A stretch of DNA of 63,080 bases, the filler included, from Octopus bimaculoides (taxonomy: Eukaryota): assembly GCF_001194135.2 (NCBI RefSeq). It is 6 parts of 5 records of this genome, joined end to end, with 100 filler letters (N's around TTAATTAATTAA, not from the genome) between each part and the next. Parts side by side here need not be neighbours in the genome. Positions count along the whole stretch, not along the records: positions 9,022 to 37,113 come from NC_068984.1; positions 37,214 to 57,563 come from NC_068984.1; 4 more parts are not named here. One strand, given 5' to 3'. Below the pieces are notes generated by a model. That model searched no databases and was not told where the DNA came from. It was given only the letters and a program-made list of their open reading frames with translations. The position numbers and the translations under genes are program-made. This document shows positions 29,843 through 44,168 of the stretch, piece after piece (positions within the stretch are counted from its first letter, which is position 1; the number at the start of each line of letters is the position of its first letter).

Positions 29843-29939
29843 CTTTTCAAAGAAATCCAAAACGTACTGTTGAATATTTCAGCGTGTTTCACCTTCAGAC
29901 ATCGGTAACTTGAAGTATCGGACAACTGTTCTTTCGTTA
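29843..29939 (-). other. Candidate 97-nt exon (leader/uORF or coding; one frame open: TKEQLSDTSSYRCLKVKHAEIFNSTFWISLK)
   Basis: Acceptor tttttttaattgtatattacag| and consensus donor AAG|GTGAGT. Confidence 0.55.
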
Positions 29940-32028
29940 CTGTAATATACAATTAAAAAAACAGACATGAGTTTCTCATACTTCCAAAATTTTCTTTAAT
30001 TTATAATGATAAATTGCCTTCAGTGTTTGTAAATGCTACATAATAAAAACTGGAATATTTTTAACACTAACATAGTATATAGGTTTGACTATACCAAAAT
30101 AGCGAACACTGTTTAACTAAACATACCTTTAAAAGGTCACTAGCTTATCTGTTGAAGTAAAATATTGTTTAATTCGCCCTTTTACACTGATATCACACTG
30201 ATCAAGGACCCAAATATTTCCGTAGTTAAGTTATTTTTGTAAACTAACGTTCATTATTGCGATATATATAACACTTTGGCGGGGTGGGGGTATTTCTTTA
30301 TCCTGTAAAGATTTAGAATATCGATCGATTTCTACACGAGCCAGCAAAGAAGCCGCTACTCAATCGTTCGAGATATACATTGAGAATTATCCAACTTCTC
30401 TCAAATCACATCCTACTATTTTAAAAACGGACACATTGACTAAAACTGTGTAACATAATTGGGTTGATCGTGGCTGGAACATTTTTGATCATAGGTTTTC
30501 TCAATCATAGTTAACCAGAGTAAACAACTTATTATAAATGCATTCAGCTTTCAAGTCATAAAGTGCGTTAGTGTAATTTATCCGCCACCATATAAGAATT
30601 GACGGTTTAAATTCAACTGTAGTTTCCGTGAGCGAAATATGATGAAAAAATATTATTTTGTTGATTATTCTTTTGTTCATTTTCTTATTTCAATCGTTGG
30701 ACTGCGACCATGCATAAGCCCCTGAAAAGTTTTGGTCACTATTTATTACCTTTTAAGCTTGGTTGTTTACCTTATCAATATCAAGTTATGGGACATAAGC
30801 AAAGAACAATATTTGTTAAGCATTTTCAGCGTAAAGAGAGACACGGAAAAGCCCACATACAAACATATCTCTGAAGTAAATACGTGTGTGTGGGGGTGGA
30901 GGGGTGGAGGGGGGTTGTATGTGTGTTCGCGAGCGCATACTGAATGGGTAATTTCTGCTTGCCAAATTTCACTCGCAAAACATTGGTCATTCCGATAGTA
31001 AAGTGGGGCTGAGCTTGTTAATCATACAGCCACACCAGCGCCTCTTACTCGGGAAACAAAATAGATTGTTGTATTAAAATTTGAAACATGACTTATTTTT
31101 AATAAGAGCCACCATGTACAAAATACAACTAGAGAACACTTGCATTTTGATTATAAATTAAGTGAAACAAAATTTTCGATTGAGCCTACCATGAATGGAT
31201 ATCTTTATGCGTAAACACTAAAACATGATTTTGAAGAAAATCCAAACTTTTCTATATAAGATTAAAAGAACTAGGTATATTGTTACCTCTGTTGTGCTCT
31301 TCAACCATTATTGAAAAGACAAATGGAAATTAAATGTTTGTTGATGTTAGTATCAGTTGCCTCCACATCAGTTTGTACGTTAAATTTTGATTTCTTTACT
31401 TAAATAAAACACAACATTCGATATTTAAAAGAATAAGAAGAAAAATATTTCAATTCTTCTTTCTACTGCATTGTCAAACAACGGAATTTTAAAGTCTTTT
31501 AACTTCATGATCAAGTATTTTTATGGTAAAATATAACTTAGCACTTGACTTTTTAGAAATAGCACTCATCATACACTCGCCAAAATACACTTCTACTGAC
31601 ATCGCTTTATATAAAAAAAAAAAATTTCTTGTTCTTTGCTGCTCAGTCTTAACAGAGGGACGAACACTCTGGATATTGATTTGTAGTCACAGACATACAA
31701 AATGACGGAGGGCGGTCACGATTTGAATGCATTTTGCTGATTGAGCTGCTAGATCAAGACTGTCCAGGGGTAAATAACGAGAGCAGGAATGTCTCTACGT
31801 GGCCACCTTGACTGCTAGAAATTGTAACCAAATATTGCTGAAATCGCACCCCGGAAAGAGAGAAACATTTTGGTTCTCTCTGGAAAGAGAGAGAAACACT
31901 TTGGTTAGTGTAAAAAAACTCTGATAAAATTTAAAAAAAGAGACAAAAAATAACGCGAAACAATGACTACAGCTACAATAATATTAATCAGGATCGATCT
32001 AGGATTAAACTACAATTATGAGGCTTAC

Positions 32029-32067
32029 CTCTTATATATACTTCCATTTGCTATGCGGTGGTTTCTG
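32029..32067 (-). other. Candidate 39-nt exon with NAGNAG acceptor and internal ATG (MEVYIR, phase 1)
   Basis: Acceptor gcttttgcttttcatctgctag|cag and donor GAG|GTAAGC; ATG at 32047 in caaATGG context. Confidence 0.45.
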
Positions 32068-32446
32068 CTAGCAGATGAAAAGCAAAAGCAACCTGAATTT
32101 GAATTCGCAATTTCTAGCTACTTTTTTTTTTTTTTTTCCTACCAAATATCACTTGCTTATTTTCTGATCAATTATTACTTTGAAAAAAATGTCGATGTTT
32201 ATTTCGATTTTGCATATTTTGTAGTTAAATGTATTTTCACAATGGTACAAACAGCAGCATCAATCACAAATGTTTCTGCTACAAGCATTTAGCGGTAGAG
32301 AAAGCTTTGTTTTAACAAACGCTTATATTAACTGTCTATATACTTCTGAGAGACGCTACACTTAGAAAACAGCATCCGCAAGTGATATGACCTGGCCTTC
32401 GAAATTTTTGTGGCGATGATATTATTCTGAGAAGTTTTTCTTGCGC

Positions 32447-32508
<62 letters not shown>

Positions 32509-33420
32509 NNNNNNNNNNNNNNNNNNNNNNNNNNNNNNNNNNNNNNNNNNNNNNNNNNNNNNNNNNNNNNNNNNNNNNNNNNNNNNNNNNNNNNNNNNNN
32601 NNNNNNNNNNNNNNNNNNNNNNNNNNNNNNNNNNNNNNNNNNNNNNNNNNNNNNNNNNNNNNNNNNNNNNNNNNNNNNNNNNNNNNNNNNNNNNNNNNNN
32701 NNNNNNNNNNNNNNNNNNNNNNNNNNNNNNNNNNNNNNNNNNNNNNNNNNNNNNNNNNNNNNNNNNNNNNNNNNNNNNNNNNNNNNNNNNNNNNNNNNNN
32801 NNNNNNNNNNNNNNNNNNNNNNNNNNNNNNNNNNNNNNNNNNNNNNNNNNNNNNNNNNNNNNNNNNNNNNNNNNNNNNNNNNNNNNNNNNNNNNNNNNNN
32901 NNNNNNNNNNNNNNNNNNNNNNNNNNNNNNNNNNNNNNNNNNNNNNNNNNNNNNNNNNNNNNNNNNNNNNNNNNNNNNNNNNNNNNNNNNNNNNNNNNNN
33001 NNNNNNNNNNNNNNNNNNNNNNNNNNNNNNNNNNNNNNNNNNNNNNNNNNNNNNNNNNNNNNNNNNNNNNNNNNNNNNNNNNNNNNNNNNNNNNNNNNNN
33101 NNNNNNNNNNNNNNNNNNNNNNNNNNNNNNNNNNNNNNNNNNNNNNNNNNNNNNNNNNNNNNNNNNNNNNNNNNNNNNNNNNNNNNNNNNNNNNNNNNNN
33201 NNNNNNNNNNNNNNNNNNNNNNNNNNNNNNNNNNNNNNNNNNNNNNNNNNNNNNNNNNNNNNNNNNNNNNNNNNNNNNNNNNNNNNNNNNNNNNNNNNNN
33301 NNNNNNNNNNNNNNNNNNNNNNNNNNNNNNNNNNNNNNNNNNNNNNNNNNNNNNNNNNNNNNNNNNNNNNNNNNNNNNNNNNNNNNNNNNNNNNNNNNNN
33401 NNNNNNNNNNNNNNNNNNNN

Positions 33421-33461
<41 letters not shown>

Positions 33462-33649
33462 ACCTGTAAGTTACATCCATCCATCCGTCCATCTAACTAT
33501 TCAGCCAGACTACCCTGCAAACGTACGTACATACATACATACGTACCAAAGCCAGAAAGGAGAAAACTAATTCTAAGTCTATAGATCCAATCCATCAATG
33601 GAATTGTAAAAATTTGTAAAACTTTCCAGAAGTTTATCATTTGAATATA

Positions 33650-34477
33650 CGAAGCCTGATCAATACATATCCGGACTGTTGCCAAAGTAATGAAGCTAAA
33701 GCACGCTGAGTAAAGCTGTTTGGCACAGATTAACCTTGAACACTGTTGAGCATGCGCGCTAAGTTCTAACGTTCTAGCTCACTTCCGCTGTTTACAGTAG
33801 TGCTTGGAAGGAACGTATGTACCGTGTTATCGTCGCACTGACCATCACAGAGTAAGTTGTCATGGCAATACCTGCAAAGAGGCCTACGCAAAGCTGCAGA
33901 AAGTGCATAGAGAGTAGTGTAGGAGCCGCACACAAGAGTACGGGTGGCTCAGACGTTTCCAAGATGGCCGAAAAATGTCGATAGTGGCGAATGTTCTGTA
34001 AGAGCAGCAACCAGCAAAACTGAAAAAAACATTGCAAACATGCGTGCAGCTGTGAGGGGAAATCGTCGAATCACCATCCGTGAATTATCAGAGGATGTGC
34101 AGATTAGTTACAGTTGAGTTCAGTCCATTATCACTGAAGATTTGGGTATGAGACGCGCGTCTGCCAAGTTTGTGCCAAAACCGCTTTCAGCTAACCAAAA
34201 GGACACTCGAGATACGGCTGCACAAGATCTCCTTGATTGTGTCGAGAACGATGAAAACTTTTTGAAGTCTTTGCGTAGGCCTCTGCAGATTTTCTGCTCA
34301 ACTTCCTCTTTCATGGTCAATGCGACGATCACACGCTATACACCTTCCTTCCAAGCACTGCTGTAAACAACAGAAGTGAGCTTGAACGTTAAAACTAATG
34401 GCACGCACAGCAGAGTCCAAATTCAATCTAACTTCGTTACTATGGCAACAGTATGGATACTTATTGATCAGACCACG
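33650..34477 (+). mobile_element. Non-autonomous fold-back mariner derivative with long inverted ends and TA target sites
   Basis: TA at 33648-49 and 34478-79. The right ~200 bp is an imperfect inverted copy of left-end sequence. The interior encodes only the N-terminal part (RRITIRELSEDVQIS…DLGMRRASAKFVPK…ENFLK). Confidence 0.9.
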
Positions 34478-34930
34478 TATATAATGTATACTTATATATT
34501 TATACTTGTGTACATATATAAATATAGATAGACAGGCAGACAGATATGTAATTGTATTACTCATGCGCCATACTCCTATTCGCTTTTGTTGCGTTTCCCA
34601 CAAAAATTTAACTGTAAAAGCAACAAAGAAAAGAAAAATGAGATTAAAGAAAATTAGAAAAAGAAAAATGTTTTGCTTGTATATAAAACTCTCATGAGAA
34701 ATAGAATCTATTCCTCAGCGCTTATTAAATGATTTCAGGCCAATAACTATGTCAAGGTAGGGCTTTTAGAACCCACCATTCAACCACTTGATAATGTCTC
34801 GGTTTTATTATCTATGCCATAGTAATAGTAGCATAAATAAGAGACGAAAGAAAGTAGAAAATGCCCACGGATCAAATCATAATAAACAAATGACAGAAAA
34901 TAAGCAAATAAGCACAATATATATTTCGCA

Positions 34931-35420
<490 letters not shown>

Positions 35421-36061
35421 AGATTAAAAAACAAATAAAAGATATATATCACTCTCTCTGTGGAGGGTGGTGGATTGGCAGAGCTGGTAGTGCGTCGCAC
35501 GAAATCCTCTGCCCCATTTCGTTACTCTGTTACGTCCCGATACGCACAGTATTAATATCCAGCCCTGGTCGAAACAAACTTTGATTAATCCGAGGTCGAT
35601 AAAATGAAACACCAGTTAAGCACTAATGTGAAAATGCAAATAGATTTTCGGGGACGTAAACAAACCAACACCGGTTGTCAAGCGGTGATAGTGTACAAAC
35701 ACAGACACAAAGACACACACACACACACACACACACACACATCAAGTAGGCACTAATGTTGATGGAAATAGACACTGTCCTGCTCGCAGAAATGTTTGGC
35801 CTTGACGTGATAGATAATTCTTTGCGCTTATTCAACACACTTGAATGCAAAGGATAAGAGAATATACAGAGACGGGTTACAAACCGTGTGAGAGCTTATA
35901 ACGAAATCAAATGAAGAAGTGGAAGTACAGCAATTATACAAAAATCGATAAATGAATCTACAGATCCTATATAATCTTATCAACGATAAGTGCCCTCACC
36001 CAGCTATTATTTGACAGGCTCAATAGTAACAATAGTAACAGTTACAACAACAATAATAATA

Positions 36062-36680
36062 ATGATTTCAATGTTTTGCCACAGGGGCAGCTTGGTGGAA
36101 GTGATTAAGTCGATTGCATCGACCCCCGGTGCATAACTGATACTTATTCAATCGACCCCGAAAGGATAAAGGCAAAGTCGACCTCGGCGGAATTTGAACT
36201 CAGAACATAGCGACGGGCGAAATACCGCTAAGCATTTCGCCCGTCGCGCTAACAACTCTGCCAGTTCGTTCGCCTTAGTAATAATAATAATAATAATAAT
36301 CGGCTAGAATAGTCAGGAAAGTACTAGATAGTTGAAAAGAACGTAGCGTGGTACTGTAGGCTGCAGGAAACAAGCACACTACGCATGCAAGACTCCAGGG
36401 GGGTTACAACGAAACTGAGATATAAATAAATAATAATAATGATAACAATAATAAAAATAATAATTCTTTCTACTATAGACACAAGGCTTGAAATTGTTGG
36501 GGAGGGGGCCTGTCGATTAGTTCGACCTCAGTGTTTCACTGTTACTTAATTTATCGACCCCGAAAGGTTGGAACGGCAATGTCAACCTCGGCGGAATTTG
36601 AACCAAGAACGTAGCGACGGACGAAATACCGCTAAGCTTTTCGTGCAGCGCGCTAACGTTTCTGCCAGCTTCCCGCCTTG
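36062..36680 (-). mobile_element. Two SINE family B copies (about 36062-36276 and 36470-36680) embedded in (AAT)n tracts
   Basis: Both contain ATCGACCCCGAAAGG…GGCGGAATTTGAAC…GAAATACCGCTAAGC. Confidence 0.85.
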
Positions 36681-36757
36681 ATAATAATAATGATAATAAT
36701 AAATAGAAGAGTGCCATAGTTATCATGTGAAATAATAATAATAATAATAATAATAAC

Positions 36758-36809
<52 letters not shown>

Positions 36810-36849
36810 GCAAAACAAAGGACAAACGTAACATTTCCGGCAAAACGAA

Positions 36850-37113
36850 GTAAACAACAAACGACAAACCCAGACCGTAGAGATGTATAATAGTGTACAA
36901 AAAGCACCAATCCAGAACACCACAGACAAACATATGAATGAAAAGGAAGGCAAAACAAATCTAAAGCCTGGGAATAACGAAGGGAAACCTAATAATTACG
37001 ATACTAGGAAAATGAGAATAACCACAGAACTGAAAACCACAGATCTTAGAATGGACCACAGATTATATCTCCCAAAAATCAAAATAGACAATAAAACAAC
37101 ATCAATAATAAAT
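36850..37113 (+). mobile_element. Possible 5' ORF fragment of an R4/Dong-like LINE
   Basis: Open frame ending …HRLYLPKIKIDNKTTSIIN at a gap; weak resemblance to the RLPKL region upstream of RT in these LINEs. Confidence 0.3.
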
Positions 37114-37230
37114 NNNNNNNNNNNNNNNNNNNNNNNNNNNNNNNNNNNNNNNNNNNNTTAATTAATTAANNNNNNNNNNNNNNNNNNNNNNNNNNNNNNN
37201 NNNNNNNNNNNNNTATATATATATATATAA

Positions 37231-37273
<43 letters not shown>

Positions 37274-37613
37274 CGTACATATATAGATCTATACAAATGT
37301 ATATAGGTGTCTTTGTGAGTACACGTATATATTGGACATATACACTTTCGAATAGAATCATAACGTATATGTGCAGGTTTATATGAACATGTGCATTGTG
37401 TTCGTGTATTCCGAAGGACGATTGCATCCAGTTGCACAATAATGTATGCCAACAATTGAAGATAGATTCTAACAGAAATTAAATTCCATACGAGATATTA
37501 AATATGGAAGGAAGTAAGAAATACATCGGTACCCGAAGACAAATCCTGGAAATTTCAATTTCTCTAATTTTTAATAAAGTATACGTCAAACTTTTAGGAT
37601 TAAAGTAAATCCT

Positions 37614-37656
<43 letters not shown>

Positions 37657-37953
37657 NNNNNNNNNNNNNNNNNNNNNNNNNNNNNNNNNNNNNNNNNNNN
37701 NNNNNNNNNNNNNNNNNNNNNNNNNNNNNNNNNNNNNNNNNNNNNNNNNNNNNNNNNNNNNNNNNNNNNNNNNNNNNNNNNNNNNNNNNNNNNNNNNNNN
37801 NNNNNNNNNNNNNNNNNNNNNNNNNNNNNNNNNNNNNNNNNNNNNNNNNNNNNNNNNNNNNNNNNNNNNNNNNNNNNNNNNNNNNNNNNNNNNNNNNNNN
37901 NNNNNNNNNNNNNNNNNNNNNNNNNNNNNNNNNNNNNNNNNATATATAGATAG

Positions 37954-37990
<37 letters not shown>

Positions 37991-38075
37991 CATATATACA
38001 TATATATGCATGTATACATATATATATATATGTATATATACATATATATACATGTGTGTATCTATGTATGTGTGA

Positions 38076-38156
<81 letters not shown>

Positions 38157-40611
38157 CAGACACACACACTCACACACACTTACACAGATGTGCTTACATA
38201 GCCAGCGTGTCTGAACCTACACATCAAATTTCCAGTTCTTGGAACTGTGCATTGAAATTACATTCTATATATTTCAAATTATATATAAATAAATGTAGCA
38301 TATTGCATATTCATTGTCACATACATTTCTCTATAATTAGGAGTATTTGCCATTGCTAACTTATTAAAATTAGGTACTGCTTAACATTTTATTAGAATAA
38401 ATAAAATAACGGTCTAATGCTATATTAGTTGATAACTGAATGTATCATCGAAAGTTGTAACCATCTAATTGGTTTCACTATGTTGTTTCAAACATTACAG
38501 GATAAAGTTTGGAAATCTGATATACTTAAATTACAATACTGTTACTCAAAAATAACTATGTGAATACTTCTGTGTTATAAATTATGCCATTAAACACTAG
38601 GCTCAGTTTTGTAATGGTCGGTATTATTGGGTAACGTTGTATTATACATTCATTCCCGAATCGAAGAGATTAAATGCGATGTGAGCCTATATATCTACGG
38701 GCCAAATGCAATAGCATAATCAGATTGGGACCTTGGTATGATAAGGCGTTGCTTCAAAACACTGAAATCAGTGATTCTTTTAGCGCAAGAGAGGGTTATA
38801 ATCTAATCGAAATAGTCGCACAAGACGCCATCCATCAGTAGGTTAAGTTATACATCTGATGTTGAAATGCATTATTCCATGATAGATATAAGTTCGTGTA
38901 TTCAATAAATAATGAGTTAACCTGCTTTACTATAGTAGTGACTTTCAATATCACTTAAGGCTTTATTTAAAAAACGTTATTTGTGTTCTGAAATATGGTC
39001 TTAGGATTCTACAATATGCATGTAGAAAAGTGAGGGTCGCCACTATATCCTGAACAATTGAAACTACATTGCTGTGTGCAAAATCATAAAATCGTATATC
39101 TGTATTGGAACGGATTGTTAATATAAGAATATCAAAGATTTTCAACAGAAATGCGCAACGGACACGAAAATTAAAAATGGATGTGTTATGCTCATTTGCA
39201 GAAAATTATCATTTCATTGAAAGAAATATCGTGTATCAGTTACTAATGTATTAAATGCTGCATTGTTTCTATTTCCTTTTTCTAAAAGTTTGAATACAAC
39301 AAAATTTAACTTTCAATTCGTTTAACTTTTAATACCGTTTATTTGTATTTTAATTTCATTGTATCTTGTGATAGTTATACAGTATCAACAAATATGATCA
39401 CACTGAATAGAATATTTTACCTTCAATTCCATGAGAAAATATCTCAGTTAAAGATGAAAATGAAAATCCGTTGTTGTGACTAAATAGACTAACGCGGACT
39501 AAATAGACTAACGATCTTTAACTTTCGTTGTTACTATTTAGTTATGATGTAAGAACAGTGCCCATCATCAACCCGTATTTTCCGGGCCTCTGACGTTGGT
39601 ATGATGAAAGGTCGGTAGATTTGATTAACGGGATGATATAGCTTGAACGATTGCAGCGGAATACATACTGCTAAAGTCACCCTAGGACCAAGTGATGATC
39701 TAAGAAAAAGTGAATGAGGAAATCTACCAAAATAATAATATGACGTTCATCGCTATAACATTTCTGCTAATCCACTCTTTTGGACTAATACATTCTTAAC
39801 TATATCCCTTTGAAAGCAAAACCGGTGATGATACAATTTGATTCTATTGCAAACAGAGTCGGTATATATAGTAAAAGTGACTTGCACCGACTCTTCAACG
39901 ACATCACTAACCCATTGAATTAAAAGTAATTGATAAAATAATTTACAGGTAATTGGTATATAATTTGCAGTAGGAAGAATAAATTATCAAGATTAGAGGC
40001 AATTATCCTTAATTTTTTATCAAAATTGTTTAATAACCCTTGAAAAGAGAATGCTACTGGCTGAAAAGAATGTCAAAAAAAGATAAATATGAATTCATAT
40101 CACCAATAATGGGAACGTATACTTCCTGAATAATCAGAAATAGAGTACTATTAATAATGCAACTTTTTGGGCAATTAATATTAACGTTAGGGATGCAAGG
40201 TGGTGAGCTAACGAAATCGTTACTGCATCGGGCAAATACTTAATGGTATCTTGTCCCGCTTTTATGTTTTAGGTTTAAATTCCACTGTGAGGATTTGCTT
40301 TTCATCATTTCGGGATCGATAAAATAAATTTCACTTGATCCCTGGTATTGATGTAATCAACTTAGCCACTCCCTGAAATCGCTGGCCGTGTATCAAAATT
40401 TGATCTGATGAAGGATTCTTGCTATTTATAGTATACATAGAACTGAGTTGACTCGAAAAGAATATTTTTGGATAATTTAATTTTAATATTCATTGTATCC
40501 ATAAGTGATGCAGTGAATTATAACTATAAGATATTACCACAGGTGGATCTCTGATGAACTTTCTCTCTTAATTCCAGATCAGTTTCTGCCATCTCACTTG
40601 ATTAATTTTCA

Positions 40612-40980
40612 TTCTAATGCTGTTCTGCTTCTAGTAATAAGGTAGACTTTCTACAGTCGATGGAAACACACCAACAGCAGTGTTCAAGCTGTGGGTGCAC
40701 AGGCACAAGAACATACTTACATACACACACAAACACACGCACGCATGCACACATATTCACACGCACACACGCACACGCAAACACACACACATACACACAC
40801 ACACATATATTTGTATGAGAGGTTTCATTCAGTTTCCGTCTACCAATTCCATTCACATGTCTTTGATCAGCCCGTGGCTCTAGTAGGAGACACTTTCCCA
40901 AGATGCCAAGCAGTAGGAGTGAACCTAGAACGAAATTTTGAGGAAGCAAACCTGTTACTATACGGTCACGCCTGTGCCTT
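40612..40980 (-). mobile_element. Degenerate SINE family A copy
   Basis: TTTCATTCAGTTTCCGTCTACC…ACACTTTCCCAAG…CACGCCTGTGCCT matches family A. Confidence 0.65.
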
Positions 40981-42819
40981 CCAACGAGTGAGAGATCATA
41001 CGGTAAAGACTGTTTTGATACGTAACCTACTAAATTTGTTGGTAATAATAAGTGCGATACGAAATAATTTTTTAAGTTCCGCGTTAAATTTAGAAATTTA
41101 GCGATGATAGTAATATCATAGGATAAGATTACACGATCCATGCCAAGTAACTTAGATGAGTAGTTTAAAAGATCCTGCAATTTTTTTGGGTACCAACAGT
41201 CGATTAATAACACTTATTAATAAAAATTACAATCCAAACTAAATCTCGACTTGAGTAACAGTTTCAGTTGTTAAAAGTTTATTAGGTTCTAAAAATCTTA
41301 TGAGGATATATACCTCTCCAAAAGGGACTGAAAAAATGAATATGGAATACAAGTATCTTATAACGCAAGGTATTGAGTGGAAAGCTTATTTATATCGCAT
41401 CCACCCCTTTTACATGCAGTAATTAACATATTCTCATGCCTCTCCTCACACGGAGAAAAAGATAAATCACATAATGTTTTACCTACTTATGTGGTTCCAT
41501 GAAAGATGGTGCGAAACATTTGCTTCAACATTTAAACAATAAACATTGAAATTTAGCAATTGGTGGGATGAAATAGAACCTATTGCACATATTAGAAGTA
41601 AATTAAAGGTAGCGCGTATTGAACTATAAAATCTACAAATTATCAAATTACAATATATTGATCACAATGATATTGATAAACAATGCGAAGTAGTCTCACA
41701 GAAACATTACATGTATATACGGGATTCTAACACAAGAAATGAATTAACCAATGAAAAGTATGCATGATACGTGGTATTTACAGGTAAATGTATATTCTCG
41801 AAATACTTAAATTTGTCATAATGCAAATATCATCATACAAAATTAAGAAAGTAAGCAAAATAGAAGATATTGACATGCAATTTTCCAAAACTGTGCCACT
41901 AAGATATACAAAGCGTAAACAAGTTAAGTAATATTAAGTAGATTTTCACTCGCACACAGTAACATCATATTTATCTTGAAATAACTTAAGTTCTCTCCGC
42001 CTGTTAAACTAAAAACAATAACCACAACCTTAAACCTATCCTTCAACGAAAGACAGATATAAACACAGAGTAAGTTCATATTTAGCATACCTATATATGT
42101 GCGTCGACTAATATGTGATCTGTGACTATCTATGTCCCTCGGTGAAGAAGGGAATGAATAATTACAGAGACCGTTTAATAGCTAGAATTATTTAAGAAAT
42201 TATACTTGTGTGTATATGTGTGTGTGTGCATGCATGAGTGTGTGTTTCAGTATGTCGGGGGAGGCGCCCGCGCGCGTGTGCCTCTCCTTGTGTGCTATGT
42301 GCTCGCATATGTGTAGGGAGATAGTGAGAGGAAACATTTTTTTTTATAAAATAGGGTAGTCATTCCCTCGCTAATTAATATATTTTGCTCGATGTCCATC
42401 CGTATCTGAACAAAATACAGAGCCAAAGACCCTGAGCAGATATACATGGATACAGCAACTTAAGGCAGGGATGTGGAAAATGAAACTCGCACTAAAATTT
42501 AGTTGCAGATTTAGTGTGTAATACATATATTACACCCACACACACACACACATATACATATTTATGTTAATATATATATATATTTCTTTGTGTATGTGTG
42601 TACATACATTGTGTGTCCTGCACATTTAAAAATAACATATATACGTGTATATATACTTGCGACAATCTATACGTCCAGTCATTGTTCGATTTCAAAAAGG
42701 CATGTTGTTAAAACGGTCACAAATCACTTTGCTTAAGATTTATTACAACATTTATTCATGTTGCTTTTCTTTGATGAGTGTTATTACTGAGCACACACAT
42801 ACTAATTTTCACTCTCTAG

Positions 42820-43022
42820 AAGCCTACCCATGGCTTTACCCGACTACATCCACCATTTTCATATTGCCAGCAACATTGATTTTGATGCCAATTTCGAGAA
42901 GCTTGGCCGGAAAAGGAAGCGGATTTGCATCTCTTTAAACGCCGGTGGTTCCGGATGCAAACTCTTTTTATGGTTTGCCTTATTTGCAATTTATCTCAAT
43001 GTAATTGTATTCTCTGAAGAAG
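42820..43022 (+). CDS. Candidate first coding exon with signal anchor/peptide (MALPDYIHHF…GRKRKR…KLFLWFALFAIYLNVIVFSEE, phase-1 donor)
   Basis: Branch-like TACTAAT + pyrimidine tract + AG (42818-42819); ATG at 42830 (cccATGG); basic cluster then a hydrophobic run; donor AAG|GTTAGT at 43023. No downstream exon securely identified. Confidence 0.4.
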
Positions 43023-43260
43023 GTTAGTTATTTCTTCACTTGGCCGGCAAACCTGTGATTTAAACAAAATATAGAATTTCATGCCAGATCTATATTTTAC
43101 GTTTTATAAGAGTGTTAAGTAATTGTGACACATAGAGCCCTGTTCAGACTATATCAAGAAAGCTTCAGATTCTGTAATATTAAATCCCATATTATATGTC
43201 GAATATTACAGAAAACTGATGAGGCAATGCAATATAAGCGCTGTATAGATACTATGTATG

Positions 43261-43294
<34 letters not shown>

Positions 43295-43605
43295 TGTATG
43301 TGTATAATACTAATATACGTGCACGTGTGTGATTCTCTCTATGTACTTGCATGTATGTGCATGTACGTATTTTTCCATACTCTGATGGAAAGTGGGGTCT
43401 GCAGTAGATTTGTTTGAAAGTATTGATGAATAGCATTTACCAATTTCAGCTATATCATGTCGTATCTTTCCATGCAAAGTAAGTTTTATTTAGTTTTGCT
43501 TGTCTGAGAACCACTAAACTGCAGAATAGTTAGGAAAATAAAATTGCATCATATGTATATTGTATGTATTTCTTACAGGTATTCTCACGCAACTTTTCCT
43601 ATCGA

Positions 43606-43676
<71 letters not shown>

Positions 43677-44113
43677 NNNNNNNNNNNNNNNNNNNNNNNN
43701 NNNNNNNNNNNNNNNNNNNNNNNNNNNNNNNNNNNNNNNNNNNNNNNNNNNNNNNNNNNNNNNNNNNNNNNNNNNNNNNNNNNNNNNNNNNNNNNNNNNN
43801 NNNNNNNNNNNNNNNNNNNNNNNNNNNNNNNNNNNNNNNNNNNNNNNNNNNNNNNNNNNNNNNNNNNNNNNNNNNNNNNNNNNNNNNNNNNNNNNNNNNN
43901 NNNNNNNNNNNNNNNNNNNNNNNNNNNNNNNNNNNNNNNNNNNNNNNNNNNNNNNNNNNNNNNNNNNNNNNNNNNNNNNNNNNNNNNNNNNNNNNNNNNN
44001 NNNNNNNNNNNNNNNNNNNNNNNNNNNNNNNNNNNNNNNNNNNNNNNNNNNNNNNNNNNNNNNNNNNNNNNNNNNNNNNNNNNNNNNNNNNNNNNNNNNN
44101 NNNNNNNNNNNNN

Positions 44114-44168
<55 letters not shown>

